Shown here: one piece after another, positions 35,278 to 43,265 of the stretch | Layout of the letters: each line of letters begins with the position of its first letter | How positions within the stretch are numbered: position 1 is the first letter of the stretch | Assembly: GCA_022820835.1 (NCBI GenBank) | Contig: JAJEET010000039.1 | Coordinates: 702-64,701 of the forward strand | Length of the DNA stretch: 64,000 bases | Source: Candidatus Poribacteria bacterium | Lineage (GTDB): Bacteria > Poribacteria > WGA-4E > WGA-3G | Reading direction: 5' to 3' | Made by a program: the position numbers and the translations under genes | The notes under the pieces: model-generated | Told to the model about the DNA's origin: nothing | Database searches by the model: none | Seen by the model: the letters and a program-made list of their open reading frames with translations, nothing else

Positions 35278-37857
35278 ATGATTGATCACCTAAAAGATAT
35301 TCATCGTGTGCTATACCTACCGGCAGCACCAGAATCAGAGGAACCTCCATTCAAGGTTACCCCGATTAATGATCCCTATCTCTATACCGATGCGAACATC
35401 TATGTAGATACATTTGATAATCCGAACCAGTCTGTAAAGGTGATGGTATCAAATGTTGGTGACGGGAAGTTGCATGTTGAACGAATTCGTGTTCCTCGCG
35501 GATTTGAAAAGTGGATAAAACGGGCAGAAGGATCAAAACCTGCGACTTTGACATCAACATCAGATCCATTGGAACTTGAACTGAAACTCAACCTTAGAAC
35601 CCTACCAAATCCTTCATCGGAAAATATAGTAAAACTGAGCATCCTTTCCAATTCAAAACGCAAAACGTTTAGTGAGATATTGTTACGTGTGCAACCCCCA
35701 TGCACTCAATCTACCAATTTGACGCTCCCAGAATATATCAACTTTGGTGAGATAACTACTTATAAAGTCTCTATTGCTGATAACCGTGAAGATGCTACGG
35801 TACCGACAGCCGACTTTCTGCTCATTGGGGATTTTACGCCTTACCCTCCAACCCGTCTTGAAGTGATACAAAAAGACGAATCCTCTTTTGGTGCGAAGAT
35901 AACCACATCAAAAGGCGAATTGTCTTATGAATTGGACTTGCAGAAATCGGGAGTCGTAATGCCTCGAGAAAAAAAGACTGGAATTACACTAAAATATTTC
36001 CAACAAACTATTCCAATTCCAAATGTTACCCCACACAGATCATCAACGCAGATTTCAACATCGGATTCGGATTGGTTAGTTGTCCCACCTCAAATCCAAA
36101 CTGATGGATATGATACAACCGATTTACCTGTTTCTATAAATGTTGAAAAACTGGAAGCGGGGCGTAATGTTGCGGAGCTCGGTGTAGCAGATCAAAAAAT
36201 ATCGGTGTGGGCGTGGTATAAAGTTGTCAAAGAAACGGCATTGACGTTAGACAAGGAACAGGCAGATATCCACCATGTTGAAGTTTTCGGTGAGCAAGAA
36301 ACACCTTTACCAATTAATGTCGTATCAACAGAGGGACCGTCCCAATCCGTGATGATTTTTGAGGATTTAGATTTTCGATTTCCATTGGCAGGCAAAGAAC
36401 GGAGTAGTTATCTGATAGGCGATTTTAATCAATGGACGCCGCGCACGCTTTTTCTGAAAAAAAGAGATGACGGTTTTGGTCTTACACTGAGTGTTTCTGA
36501 AGGAACCTACCTTTATCGTGCCGAAATTGATGGCGAAATTCGACTTGACCCTACGCGGTTGGACGAGATAATCTGCTGTCCGCACGGAGTGGCATCCAAA
36601 ATACAGGTCAATCGTATTGAACAAAAGGTAACACTGCAAAACAGGTCTAAACAGAAGATAGGGTTTAAACTTCAATCTCTGACAGAATGGTTGCGTATTA
36701 AGCCTGAGACGCTTGTGCTTCCCGCAAGAAAAAAACGAGAGGTAACTGCAATAATCCGACCCGAACGCCTCTTACCAGGGCTCAATTTAGGATGGATACG
36801 GCTGGAATCGGAAAGAGAACCGATAAAGTCGTTTCTCGCTCCTGTTTATGTTATGGGTGTGACAAATGGAGCTGTCCCTATCCTCCGAAATGAAGAATTG
36901 ATTTTTCCGCAAATTGAACAAGGCAAAGTAGAGGGCGTTCCGCTGGCACTTGACATCGTTGGTGAAGGTGAATTGAAGGGTGAAGTGCAGCCGTCTACTG
37001 TCTTGCGTTTTGTAGAAGCGGATTGGCATGTTCAAAACGAGACGGCATTTGAACCAATGACAGCTGCACCACTTGTTCAAGTGTTGAGTGAAAGACCTTC
37101 TAACGCCTATCGTAAACAGGTTCGTGCGTCTCTGGTTACAGATTGTTATCTTGCGAACCGTCGTGTGCATCGTTTTGATGCCAAATATGATATGGTTCAC
37201 CTTGTCACAGAACCGCCCGCTTTATATTTTCCCAAAGTGCATCTATTTGATGATCCACAGCATGCTGATATTACGGTAAAACGCAGTGATGGTAAAGGCG
37301 ACATTGTATGTAATGTTGAAATACCTGATGCGTTAAAACAGACCGGATTATTAAGGGTTGAGAATGACGCTGAGACAAATATATCTGATCGTTGTGGATT
37401 TGTGCTTAATCCGCAGGCTGTAACGGATGCTGGACGTGTTTCTGAGAGTTTACACCTTCAGGACAAAAGGTCCGGTATGGTGCTCCCAATTCAATTCGCG
37501 GTGGATTTTGTCGGAGGTCAAGCGAAGATTGATGTTAACGCTCAGGTGAAACGCACAAATCTATCATCTGGTGGCATACCGTTAGTGATTACCAATATCG
37601 GTGAAACTGAGTTACGGATATTTGAGGTGCGATTTAAAAATATGCGGTTTTACCTCTCATCGCATCTGACTTCGCAGCAACGTACCCTTCTCCCTGGGAA
37701 ATCTATTGAGAGACTTATAAAAGTAAAAAAAACATTGAGTTTATTAGGGAAAACAACAGTTCGGGACGCGCTTATTATTAGACTCAATGATCCACAGTTT
37801 CCTAACGGAGTCTTTGAAAAGGAAATCCAAGGACATATTCCTGGTTTTAGACGTTAA
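35278..37857 (+). CDS. Large cytosolic multi-beta-sandwich protein with an AMPK-beta/CBM48-like (E-set) domain
   Basis: I place the start at ATG 35278 (MIDHLKD), 4 nt after the upstream stop. The longer ORF from 35182 overlaps the PqiA-like gene. PapD/ASH-like strand motifs are VMVSNVGDGKLHVERIRVP, VTLQNRSKQKIGFKLQS and LVITNIGETELRIFEVRF. The CBM48-like motif is YLIGDFNQWTPRTLFLKKRDDGFGLTLSVSEGTYLYRAEIDGEIRLDP. Confidence 0.55.
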   Translation: MIDHLKDIHRVLYLPAAPESEEPPFKVTPINDPYLYTDANIYVDTFDNPNQSVKVMVSNVGDGKLHVERIRVPRGFEKWIKRAEGSKPATLTSTSDPLELELKLNLRTLPNPSSENIVKLSILSNSKRKTFSEILLRVQPPCTQSTNLTLPEYINFGEITTYKVSIADNREDATVPTADFLLIGDFTPYPPTRLEVIQKDESSFGAKITTSKGELSYELDLQKSGVVMPREKKTGITLKYFQQTIPIPNVTPHRSSTQISTSDSDWLVVPPQIQTDGYDTTDLPVSINVEKLEAGRNVAELGVADQKISVWAWYKVVKETALTLDKEQADIHHVEVFGEQETPLPINVVSTEGPSQSVMIFEDLDFRFPLAGKERSSYLIGDFNQWTPRTLFLKKRDDGFGLTLSVSEGTYLYRAEIDGEIRLDPTRLDEIICCPHGVASKIQVNRIEQKVTLQNRSKQKIGFKLQSLTEWLRIKPETLVLPARKKREVTAIIRPERLLPGLNLGWIRLESEREPIKSFLAPVYVMGVTNGAVPILRNEELIFPQIEQGKVEGVPLALDIVGEGELKGEVQPSTVLRFVEADWHVQNETAFEPMTAAPLVQVLSERPSNAYRKQVRASLVTDCYLANRRVHRFDAKYDMVHLVTEPPALYFPKVHLFDDPQHADITVKRSDGKGDIVCNVEIPDALKQTGLLRVENDAETNISDRCGFVLNPQAVTDAGRVSESLHLQDKRSGMVLPIQFAVDFVGGQAKIDVNAQVKRTNLSSGGIPLVITNIGETELRIFEVRFKNMRFYLSSHLTSQQRTLLPGKSIERLIKVKKTLSLLGKTTVRDALIIRLNDPQFPNGVFEKEIQGHIPGFRR

Positions 37858-37952
37858 TGTAACATTGTTAAACCCATTTCAGCAGTAATAAACAATTCTC
37901 ATAGTGCTGTATCAAGTTTGATTTTGCAATAGGGGCCCCTCATCCGATAAAT

Positions 37953-37981
37953 TTGACTTTTCGCAGTGGGTATGGTATACT
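37953..37981 (+). promoter_or_regulatory. Sigma70-type promoter with extended -10 upstream of the cysteine synthase gene
   Basis: TTGACT at 37953-37958, a 17-nt spacer ending in TGG, and TATACT at 37976-37981, 40 nt before ATG 38022. Confidence 0.45.
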
Positions 37982-38021
37982 TTAACGTGGTAATTGTCTA
38001 AAGTACACAGGCAGAATAGAA

Positions 38022-38972
38022 ATGAAAATCGCTAAAAATCTGACAGACCTCATCGGGAATACACCGACGATTCGCTTGAACGCCTTGCCCGGTAAGGACG
38101 ATGCGACAATCTTCGCAAAATTGGAGGCGTACAACCCCGGCGGCAGTATCAAGGACCGAATCAGCTACGCCATGATCGTCGATGCTGAAGAACGTGGTAT
38201 CCTCAGAAAAGGGGATACCATCGTTGAACCGACTGCTGGTAATACGGGGTTAGGACTCTCCATCGTCGGCATAGCGAGAGGCTATCCTGTTACTTTGACG
38301 ATGCCAGAAAATGTGAGCCGCGAGAAATATGAACTCCTCTCTGCCTTCGGGGCAAAAATTGTGCTGACCCCGGAGCACGGCGGTATGGCGAGTGCCATCT
38401 GGGAGGCGGAGACAATCGTCCGGCAGAACCCGCGGCACTATATGCCGAACCAATTTACAAACCCCGCAAACCCCGAAATCCATCGTCGTACGACAGCCGT
38501 CGAAATTCTTAAGGCGATCGGCACCGACATCGATTTTTGTGTTATAGGAGTCGGCACAGGCGGGACCTTGACAGGTGTCGGAGAGGTACTGAAAGCAGAA
38601 TGCCCGAATGTGAAAATCGTTGCTGTGGAACCGCGTGTTTCAGCGGTGCTTTCCGGCGGTAAACCCGGTCCAACCCGAATTGATGGACTCGGCGCAGGGA
38701 TGGTGCCTGAGGTGCTGAATGTAGATGTTATCGACGAGGTCATCACTGTCTCCGAAAAAGAGGCGTATGAAATGATGAAGACCATTTCGAGAACCGAAGG
38801 GTTGTTGGTCGGGATGTCGTCTGGCGCGAACGTCTATGCCGCGTTAGAGGTTGCGAAGGCACAAGGACCTGATAAAACCGTTGTTACGATTCTCCCTGAT
38901 ACCGGAGAACGCTATTTCAGTTTGAGTCGCTACTTTGAAATCGAATCGGACATTATGGATACACTTCCGTAG
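38022..38972 (+). CDS. cysK: Cysteine synthase (PLP-dependent O-acetylserine/O-phosphoserine sulfhydrylase, CysK/CysM family)
   Basis: Motifs LIGNTPTIRLN, LEAYNPGGSIKDR (PLP Lys), TAGNTGLGL and GVGTGGTLTG. Genomic context suggests CysM-like use of a thiocarboxylated carrier, but the K/M assignment cannot be made by eye. Confidence 0.9.
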   Translation: MKIAKNLTDLIGNTPTIRLNALPGKDDATIFAKLEAYNPGGSIKDRISYAMIVDAEERGILRKGDTIVEPTAGNTGLGLSIVGIARGYPVTLTMPENVSREKYELLSAFGAKIVLTPEHGGMASAIWEAETIVRQNPRHYMPNQFTNPANPEIHRRTTAVEILKAIGTDIDFCVIGVGTGGTLTGVGEVLKAECPNVKIVAVEPRVSAVLSGGKPGPTRIDGLGAGMVPEVLNVDVIDEVITVSEKEAYEMMKTISRTEGLLVGMSSGANVYAALEVAKAQGPDKTVVTILPDTGERYFSLSRYFEIESDIMDTLP

Positions 38973-39002
38973 GTTTTTCAACTAAGGGAATACCATTAAA
39001 AA

Positions 39003-39767
39003 TTGAAGTACTCAGTCGATCAAGCGCTCTGCCAGGAAATTTTGTTGACGGAGGAACCCCAAGAGATCCTCTTCTCCCTCTTTAAGCGGTTCAAAGAACG
39101 CGCCGCTATTGTCACCAGTGGACAACTTTCGGGTATGGTTTTGATCCACTTGGCGGCTGAAAACGGGTTGCCGTTCCGGGTCTGTACGCTTGACACACTT
39201 CGCCTCTTCCCAGAGACATACACCTTTCTTGAGCAGGTGGAATCGCGCTACGGTATTAAGATTGAACAGGTTCAACCGGATCCCGAAGAGGTTCAAGAGA
39301 TGGTCGCACAACACGGCGAATACCTGTTTTTCGACAGCAAATCGAAACAGGAACACTGTTGTAATATCCGGAAAGTGCGTCCGATGCAACGACTCCTCGA
39401 AACATTAGATGTCTGGATCACCGGTCTACGTCGCGATCAATCCGAGGCAAGGAAGCAGCTCCGAAAAGCAGAGATTATTTCATCCGCGACACATCCGGTA
39501 CTGAAGACGAACCCGCTTATCCAATGGACCACCGATGATGTTTGGGAATTTGTCCGAAAAAACGAAATTCCTGTGAACCCACTGCTTGAAGCGGATTCCC
39601 AAGGTCACTATTATGAATCTATTGGATGCATCATCTGTACAACACCGATAAAGCCCGGCGAACCGAAACGCGCGGGACGGTGGCGTTGGCAGAACGGCGC
39701 ATCCGCGTCAGAAAACGCAGATACCGAAGAAAATAACAAAGAGTGTGGGTTACACTATTCGATTTAA
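39003..39767 (+). CDS. cysH: Adenylyl-sulfate (APS)/PAPS reductase, thioredoxin-dependent, Fe-S type
   Basis: Motifs ECGLH at the C-terminus, the CC pair (EHCCNIRKVRPM) and CIIC, which are characteristic of [4Fe-4S] APS reductases. TTG start. Confidence 0.85.
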   Translation: MKYSVDQALCQEILLTEEPQEILFSLFKRFKERAAIVTSGQLSGMVLIHLAAENGLPFRVCTLDTLRLFPETYTFLEQVESRYGIKIEQVQPDPEEVQEMVAQHGEYLFFDSKSKQEHCCNIRKVRPMQRLLETLDVWITGLRRDQSEARKQLRKAEIISSATHPVLKTNPLIQWTTDDVWEFVRKNEIPVNPLLEADSQGHYYESIGCIICTTPIKPGEPKRAGRWRWQNGASASENADTEENNKECGLHYSI

Positions 39768-39768
39768 T

Positions 39769-39866
39769 GGCTGTCAGCAATCAGCCGTCAGCAGTCAGCA
39801 AAGAAAGTTTTCTGTTAATCGGAAACCTCTTGTGGCTGAAAGCCGATAGCCGATAGCCGACGGCTA
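39769..39866 (+). repeat. Heptamer-array palindromic intergenic element (GTCAGC-type arms)
   Basis: The left arm CTGTCAG CAATCAG CCGTCAG CAGTCAG and right arm CTGAAAG CCGATAG CCGATAG CCGACGG have 7-nt periodicity. They flank the core GGAAACCTCTT. Confidence 0.6.
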
Positions 39867-39890
39867 CACAAAAAGGAGAAAAATTATATT

Positions 39891-40172
39891 ATGGCTGTAA
39901 CAGTTCGTATTCCGACACCGCTGAGACGTTTGACGCAGAACTTGGCGGAAGTTGAAACAGAAGGTGCCAACATTGAAGGCATTATTGAGAATCTTGAAGC
40001 GAATTATCCGGGGATGAAAGAGCGTCTCTGTGATGAAGGCGGAAATATCCGTCGGTTTGTAAACATCTATCTTGACGATGAAGATATCCGTTTCCTTGAC
40101 GGTAAAGAGACCGCTGTCGCAGATGGTGCTGAAATCTCAATTATCCCAGCGATCGCTGGTGGACTTTTTTAA
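39891..40172 (+). CDS. MoaD/ThiS/CysO-type ubiquitin-like sulfur-carrier protein with a C-terminal GG-LF extension
   Basis: 93-aa beta-grasp pattern (MAVTVRIPTPLR...FVNIYLDDEDIRFLDG...ISIIPAIAGGLF). The di-glycine is followed by two extra residues. GGAG RBS. Confidence 0.75.
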   Translation: MAVTVRIPTPLRRLTQNLAEVETEGANIEGIIENLEANYPGMKERLCDEGGNIRRFVNIYLDDEDIRFLDGKETAVADGAEISIIPAIAGGLF

Positions 40173-40187
40173 CGAGTAGTAAAAAAT

Positions 40188-40327
40188 AGTAACCAGTGGC
40201 CAGTAAAGAAGTCCGTAAAGTGTTGTAGAGTTAGGGAAGTCCGTAAAGTTGTCAACTTTGAAACTTTAGCACACTTTGCAACTTTGGAACTTTCTTGCTG
40301 GTAACTGTTAACTGGTAACTGGTAACT
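40188..40327 (+). repeat. 140-nt intergenic repeat, copy 1 (near-identical to 57477-57616)
   Basis: AGTAACCAGTGGCCAGTAAAGAAGTCCGTAAAGTGTT...GTTGTCAACTTTGAAACTTTAGCACACTTTGCAACTTTGGAACTTTCTTGCTGGTAACTGTTAACTGGTAACT. Only a handful of mismatches to copy 2 by eye. Confidence 0.85.
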
Positions 40328-40337
40328 TGAAAAACTG

Positions 40338-40790
40338 ATGACGATAAAACCAGAAACCCTCAACGAGATTTGTGAGCATGCGAAATCGGAATTTCCCGAT
40401 GAATGCTGTGGTGCCATCTTGGGTGATGGGGTTCAAGAATCTGTCTGGAAATGCCGGAACATACAGAACAAACTGCATCAGGACGACCCAGACACGTATC
40501 CGCGCGATGCTCGCACAGCTTACGTGATACACCCAGATGATCTATTCAAGATTACCAAGGCATCTGAGACGCAGCAGATTAAGGCGTTTTATCATTCACA
40601 CCCGAACCACGAAGCCTATTTCTCAGAAAAAGACAAAGCAGATGCGATGATGTGGGATGAACCGACCTATCCGGGTACGACCTATCTGGTTATCTCTGTC
40701 TATGGGACTGAGATCCGAGCTGTGAAGGCTTTTGCGTGGGATGAAACGTCAAAGGATTTTGTTGAGGTTGAGACAATGGACACAAACTGA
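40338..40790 (+). CDS. JAMM/MPN+ (Mov34) metalloprotease, Mec/QbsD-like
   Basis: JAMM motif HSHPNHEAYFSEKD plus an upstream E (EFPDECCG). Confidence 0.85.
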   Translation: MTIKPETLNEICEHAKSEFPDECCGAILGDGVQESVWKCRNIQNKLHQDDPDTYPRDARTAYVIHPDDLFKITKASETQQIKAFYHSHPNHEAYFSEKDKADAMMWDEPTYPGTTYLVISVYGTEIRAVKAFAWDETSKDFVEVETMDTN

Positions 40791-40791
40791 T

Positions 40792-40888
40792 TGAAGTTTA
40801 AGAATTTAATTCGGTAATGCATCAGAAACCTCTTGGTAGAAGCACGCTGTGCTCGCGATCTTTAACGATTACCGAAATATTTATTTAA
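40792..40888 (+). repeat. 95-nt MITE/REP-like repeat, copy 1 (reverse-complement copy at 47058-47152)
   Basis: TGAAGTTTAAGAATTTAATTCGGTAAT...GCTGTGCTCGCGATC..TAACGATTACCGAAATATTTATTTA. It contains the internal inverted repeat TTCGGTAAT/ATTACCGAA and starts 1 nt after the stop codon. Confidence 0.8.
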
Positions 40889-41006
40889 TTTTCATACAGT
40901 TTGTGCTACGATTGGAAATGGTATAACACGGTAGCGCGATTTTTTATCTTCAAATTGTGCTATCAAAGCACACAATGGTTTTGTGTGCTATATTGAGGCA
41001 AGAACC

Positions 41007-43265
41007 ATGCAACGCTGGCGAGTCTACCTTGCGCAATTGATGCCGGACATCCGCGTTGTCAAGGCACCCGCACTCAGACCCTACGTTGGACTTCTCTCCT
41101 TCTCCGCTGCATCCCTTGCGATCGCTATAGGGATGACCCTCCAAAAATACGTCGCTTTTGAACACCACTCAAGTTCCGGTGTTGTCGGTTGGCTCAGTGT
41201 TAACGCGTACCCGAAACAACAGGAATATTTCTATTATCTGCTGGCACTCCTTGGGGTCCCGATGACGATAGGGTTATATTGGTTAGGATGGTGGACTTAT
41301 TCGCGCTGGTGTGCTAAGCGAACGGGACAACCGATCGTACGGGTGCTTAAAGCGAATGCGTTGGCATCTGTCCCGTTATGGGTCTGTTGGCTACAGGTCT
41401 ACGCTATCGGTCAGAACATGCTGATAGGCTTAGTCTTGCCGCTCGTTTTGTCGGCGTTGCTGAAGTTGGTGCTATTGAATAGGCAATACTTTCCCAGACT
41501 ATGGACTTCAAAAAGCGCGGTTGAAAACCTCGACAGCGAAGAACGTGAAGAAACTACGTCTGGTCGCTATAGGTCTCCGAAGTTCTGGCGTATCGGTCTC
41601 GAATACATCGTCCTCCCTATTTTTATCTATCTCCTAACCTATTCTGGGAATATCCACGGCGGTATAGACCTATTCCATGAAGGTGAACGGCTTGCCCCGC
41701 TGAATGAAATGCTGCACGGTGGTATCCCGTTTCGGGATGTCTATGTGCAACACGGACTCTTCCAAAACGCGTACTTGGCGTGGGTCGGTGGTCAAATATT
41801 TGAGCCGACGCTGTTCGGTTTGCGTACAATGGAGCGTATCCTAAATCCGCTCGGTTATGTCGCGCTCTATCTGCTCGGTTTACAAGTTTTTCGGGGCAGA
41901 TTCCTGACCGCCTTTTTGTGTATGCTTATCGCTTCTGGAACAGAGTTCTCCGTATCCGCACGGCATAGTCTCGGCTTAATCAGTTTCGCCTTCGCTGCCA
42001 ATTTTCTGACGCTTTCACAAGGTAGGTCAAAGCGGAGCGTCCTTTCGTGGAAACTCCTCTTCAGTGGGATTTTCACGAGTTTAGCTTTCTGGTACAGCAC
42101 CGAAATTGGGTTGTATTCGTTAGGTGCAATCGGACTGTTTCTGGTCATATATTCGCTTCGTAGGGGCGAGGTGACCTCGCCCCTACGTCAATCAGAAAAC
42201 GAACAGGTGCAAGCAAAGGGTGTGAAGGAACGACTATTTCCGGTTATCAGTTATAGTTGCGGTGTGCTGTTAGGTTTCCTGCCGGTGGCGTTATATTTCC
42301 TATCTCACGGTGCCTTGGATGATGCGATCTGGAATTCCTATATCCAGTGTCGGTATCAACTGGCGACGTGGGGACTCGCTTTTCCGTCTCTGTCGGGCAC
42401 CCTGACGCTATTGTCATCGGAGGGATGGTCTGCCTTTATCTTCAGCAAAGGATTTCGGTGGTATCTACCGATCTGTATCTTCCTGATTGTCGCGAGTTAT
42501 TTAACCTACCGCGGCTTATCCGGCACGCATTCCGCCAACACGATGAAACTTCTTCTTTTACTCCTCGGTGGCGTTGCCTTTTTCCGTACCGCCTTGGGAC
42601 GTTCGGACGGCGGACACCTGAACTTCGGTGCAACTTTCTTATGGCTGCTCTGTCTATTTCCGTTGGAGGGTGGTATCCTCAGCATGTTCCGTGCGATTTT
42701 ATCCTCATTCAGAGGTAGAACCGCTTGGCACAACGCGCTTAAGGCAGCGTGGGTACTGATTCCGACGGTTATATTCTGCTGGTACGTTGGAGAGGTACAC
42801 AACCCACTCTCAGGATTCAATGGGAAGTGGAATCGGTTGCGTCAGAACCCGTTCAAGCAACAGGTCGTATCGGAGGAATTAGCGCGCGCAGGTGCGGTAG
42901 ACATCCCAGACGATCAAGTTCAGCAAATCCAAAAAGTGGTCGCCTATATCCAAGAAAATACCGAACCGAATGAAAATATCTTTGACTTCACGAGTCAGGG
43001 TGCGTACTATTTCTTTGCGAACCGACTGGGTGTCACACGATTCCATCAGGTCTCGTACGCATCGACACCCGCAATGCAGGAAGAGGTGATTGCGGCTCTT
43101 GAACGGGACAAAACGCGCTTGGTGATCTTTAAGACGGGAGGGTGGTTCGATAATGTTGACGGTATTCGGGTTGAGGAGCGACACGCATTGATTGCGGCAT
43201 ACCTACAAGAAAACTACGAACCCGCGATTAACATCAACAACACGGAGATTTTGCTGCGAAAATAG
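41007..43265 (+). CDS. Large polytopic membrane protein with a C-terminal soluble domain (function unknown)
   Basis: More than 10 hydrophobic helices over about 560 aa, then a soluble tail of about 190 aa. ATG 41007 is preferred over GTG 40983. No diagnostic motif recognised. Confidence 0.55.
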   Translation: MQRWRVYLAQLMPDIRVVKAPALRPYVGLLSFSAASLAIAIGMTLQKYVAFEHHSSSGVVGWLSVNAYPKQQEYFYYLLALLGVPMTIGLYWLGWWTYSRWCAKRTGQPIVRVLKANALASVPLWVCWLQVYAIGQNMLIGLVLPLVLSALLKLVLLNRQYFPRLWTSKSAVENLDSEEREETTSGRYRSPKFWRIGLEYIVLPIFIYLLTYSGNIHGGIDLFHEGERLAPLNEMLHGGIPFRDVYVQHGLFQNAYLAWVGGQIFEPTLFGLRTMERILNPLGYVALYLLGLQVFRGRFLTAFLCMLIASGTEFSVSARHSLGLISFAFAANFLTLSQGRSKRSVLSWKLLFSGIFTSLAFWYSTEIGLYSLGAIGLFLVIYSLRRGEVTSPLRQSENEQVQAKGVKERLFPVISYSCGVLLGFLPVALYFLSHGALDDAIWNSYIQCRYQLATWGLAFPSLSGTLTLLSSEGWSAFIFSKGFRWYLPICIFLIVASYLTYRGLSGTHSANTMKLLLLLLGGVAFFRTALGRSDGGHLNFGATFLWLLCLFPLEGGILSMFRAILSSFRGRTAWHNALKAAWVLIPTVIFCWYVGEVHNPLSGFNGKWNRLRQNPFKQQVVSEELARAGAVDIPDDQVQQIQKVVAYIQENTEPNENIFDFTSQGAYYFFANRLGVTRFHQVSYASTPAMQEEVIAALERDKTRLVIFKTGGWFDNVDGIRVEERHALIAAYLQENYEPAININNTEILLRK

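Noticed and set aside
18199-37857. A J-domain co-chaperone for the island's Hsp70 module.
   Set aside because: Visual scan of all island proteins found no HPD tripeptide or J-domain-like helix pattern. Absence cannot be proven without an HMM search, so it is reported only as not seen.
17804-38021. Integrative mobile element or prophage accounting for the AT-rich island.
   Set aside because: I found no integrase, transposase, tRNA target, phage structural genes or clear flanking direct repeats. Only the compositional shift supports horizontal origin.
40265-40290. Sigma-54 (-24/-12) promoter inside the 140-nt repeat (TAGCACACTTTGCAA).
   Set aside because: It reads TAGCAC rather than TGGCAC, and only about 3 nt separate it from TTGC instead of the required 5. 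The spacing does not fit the GG-N10-GC rule.
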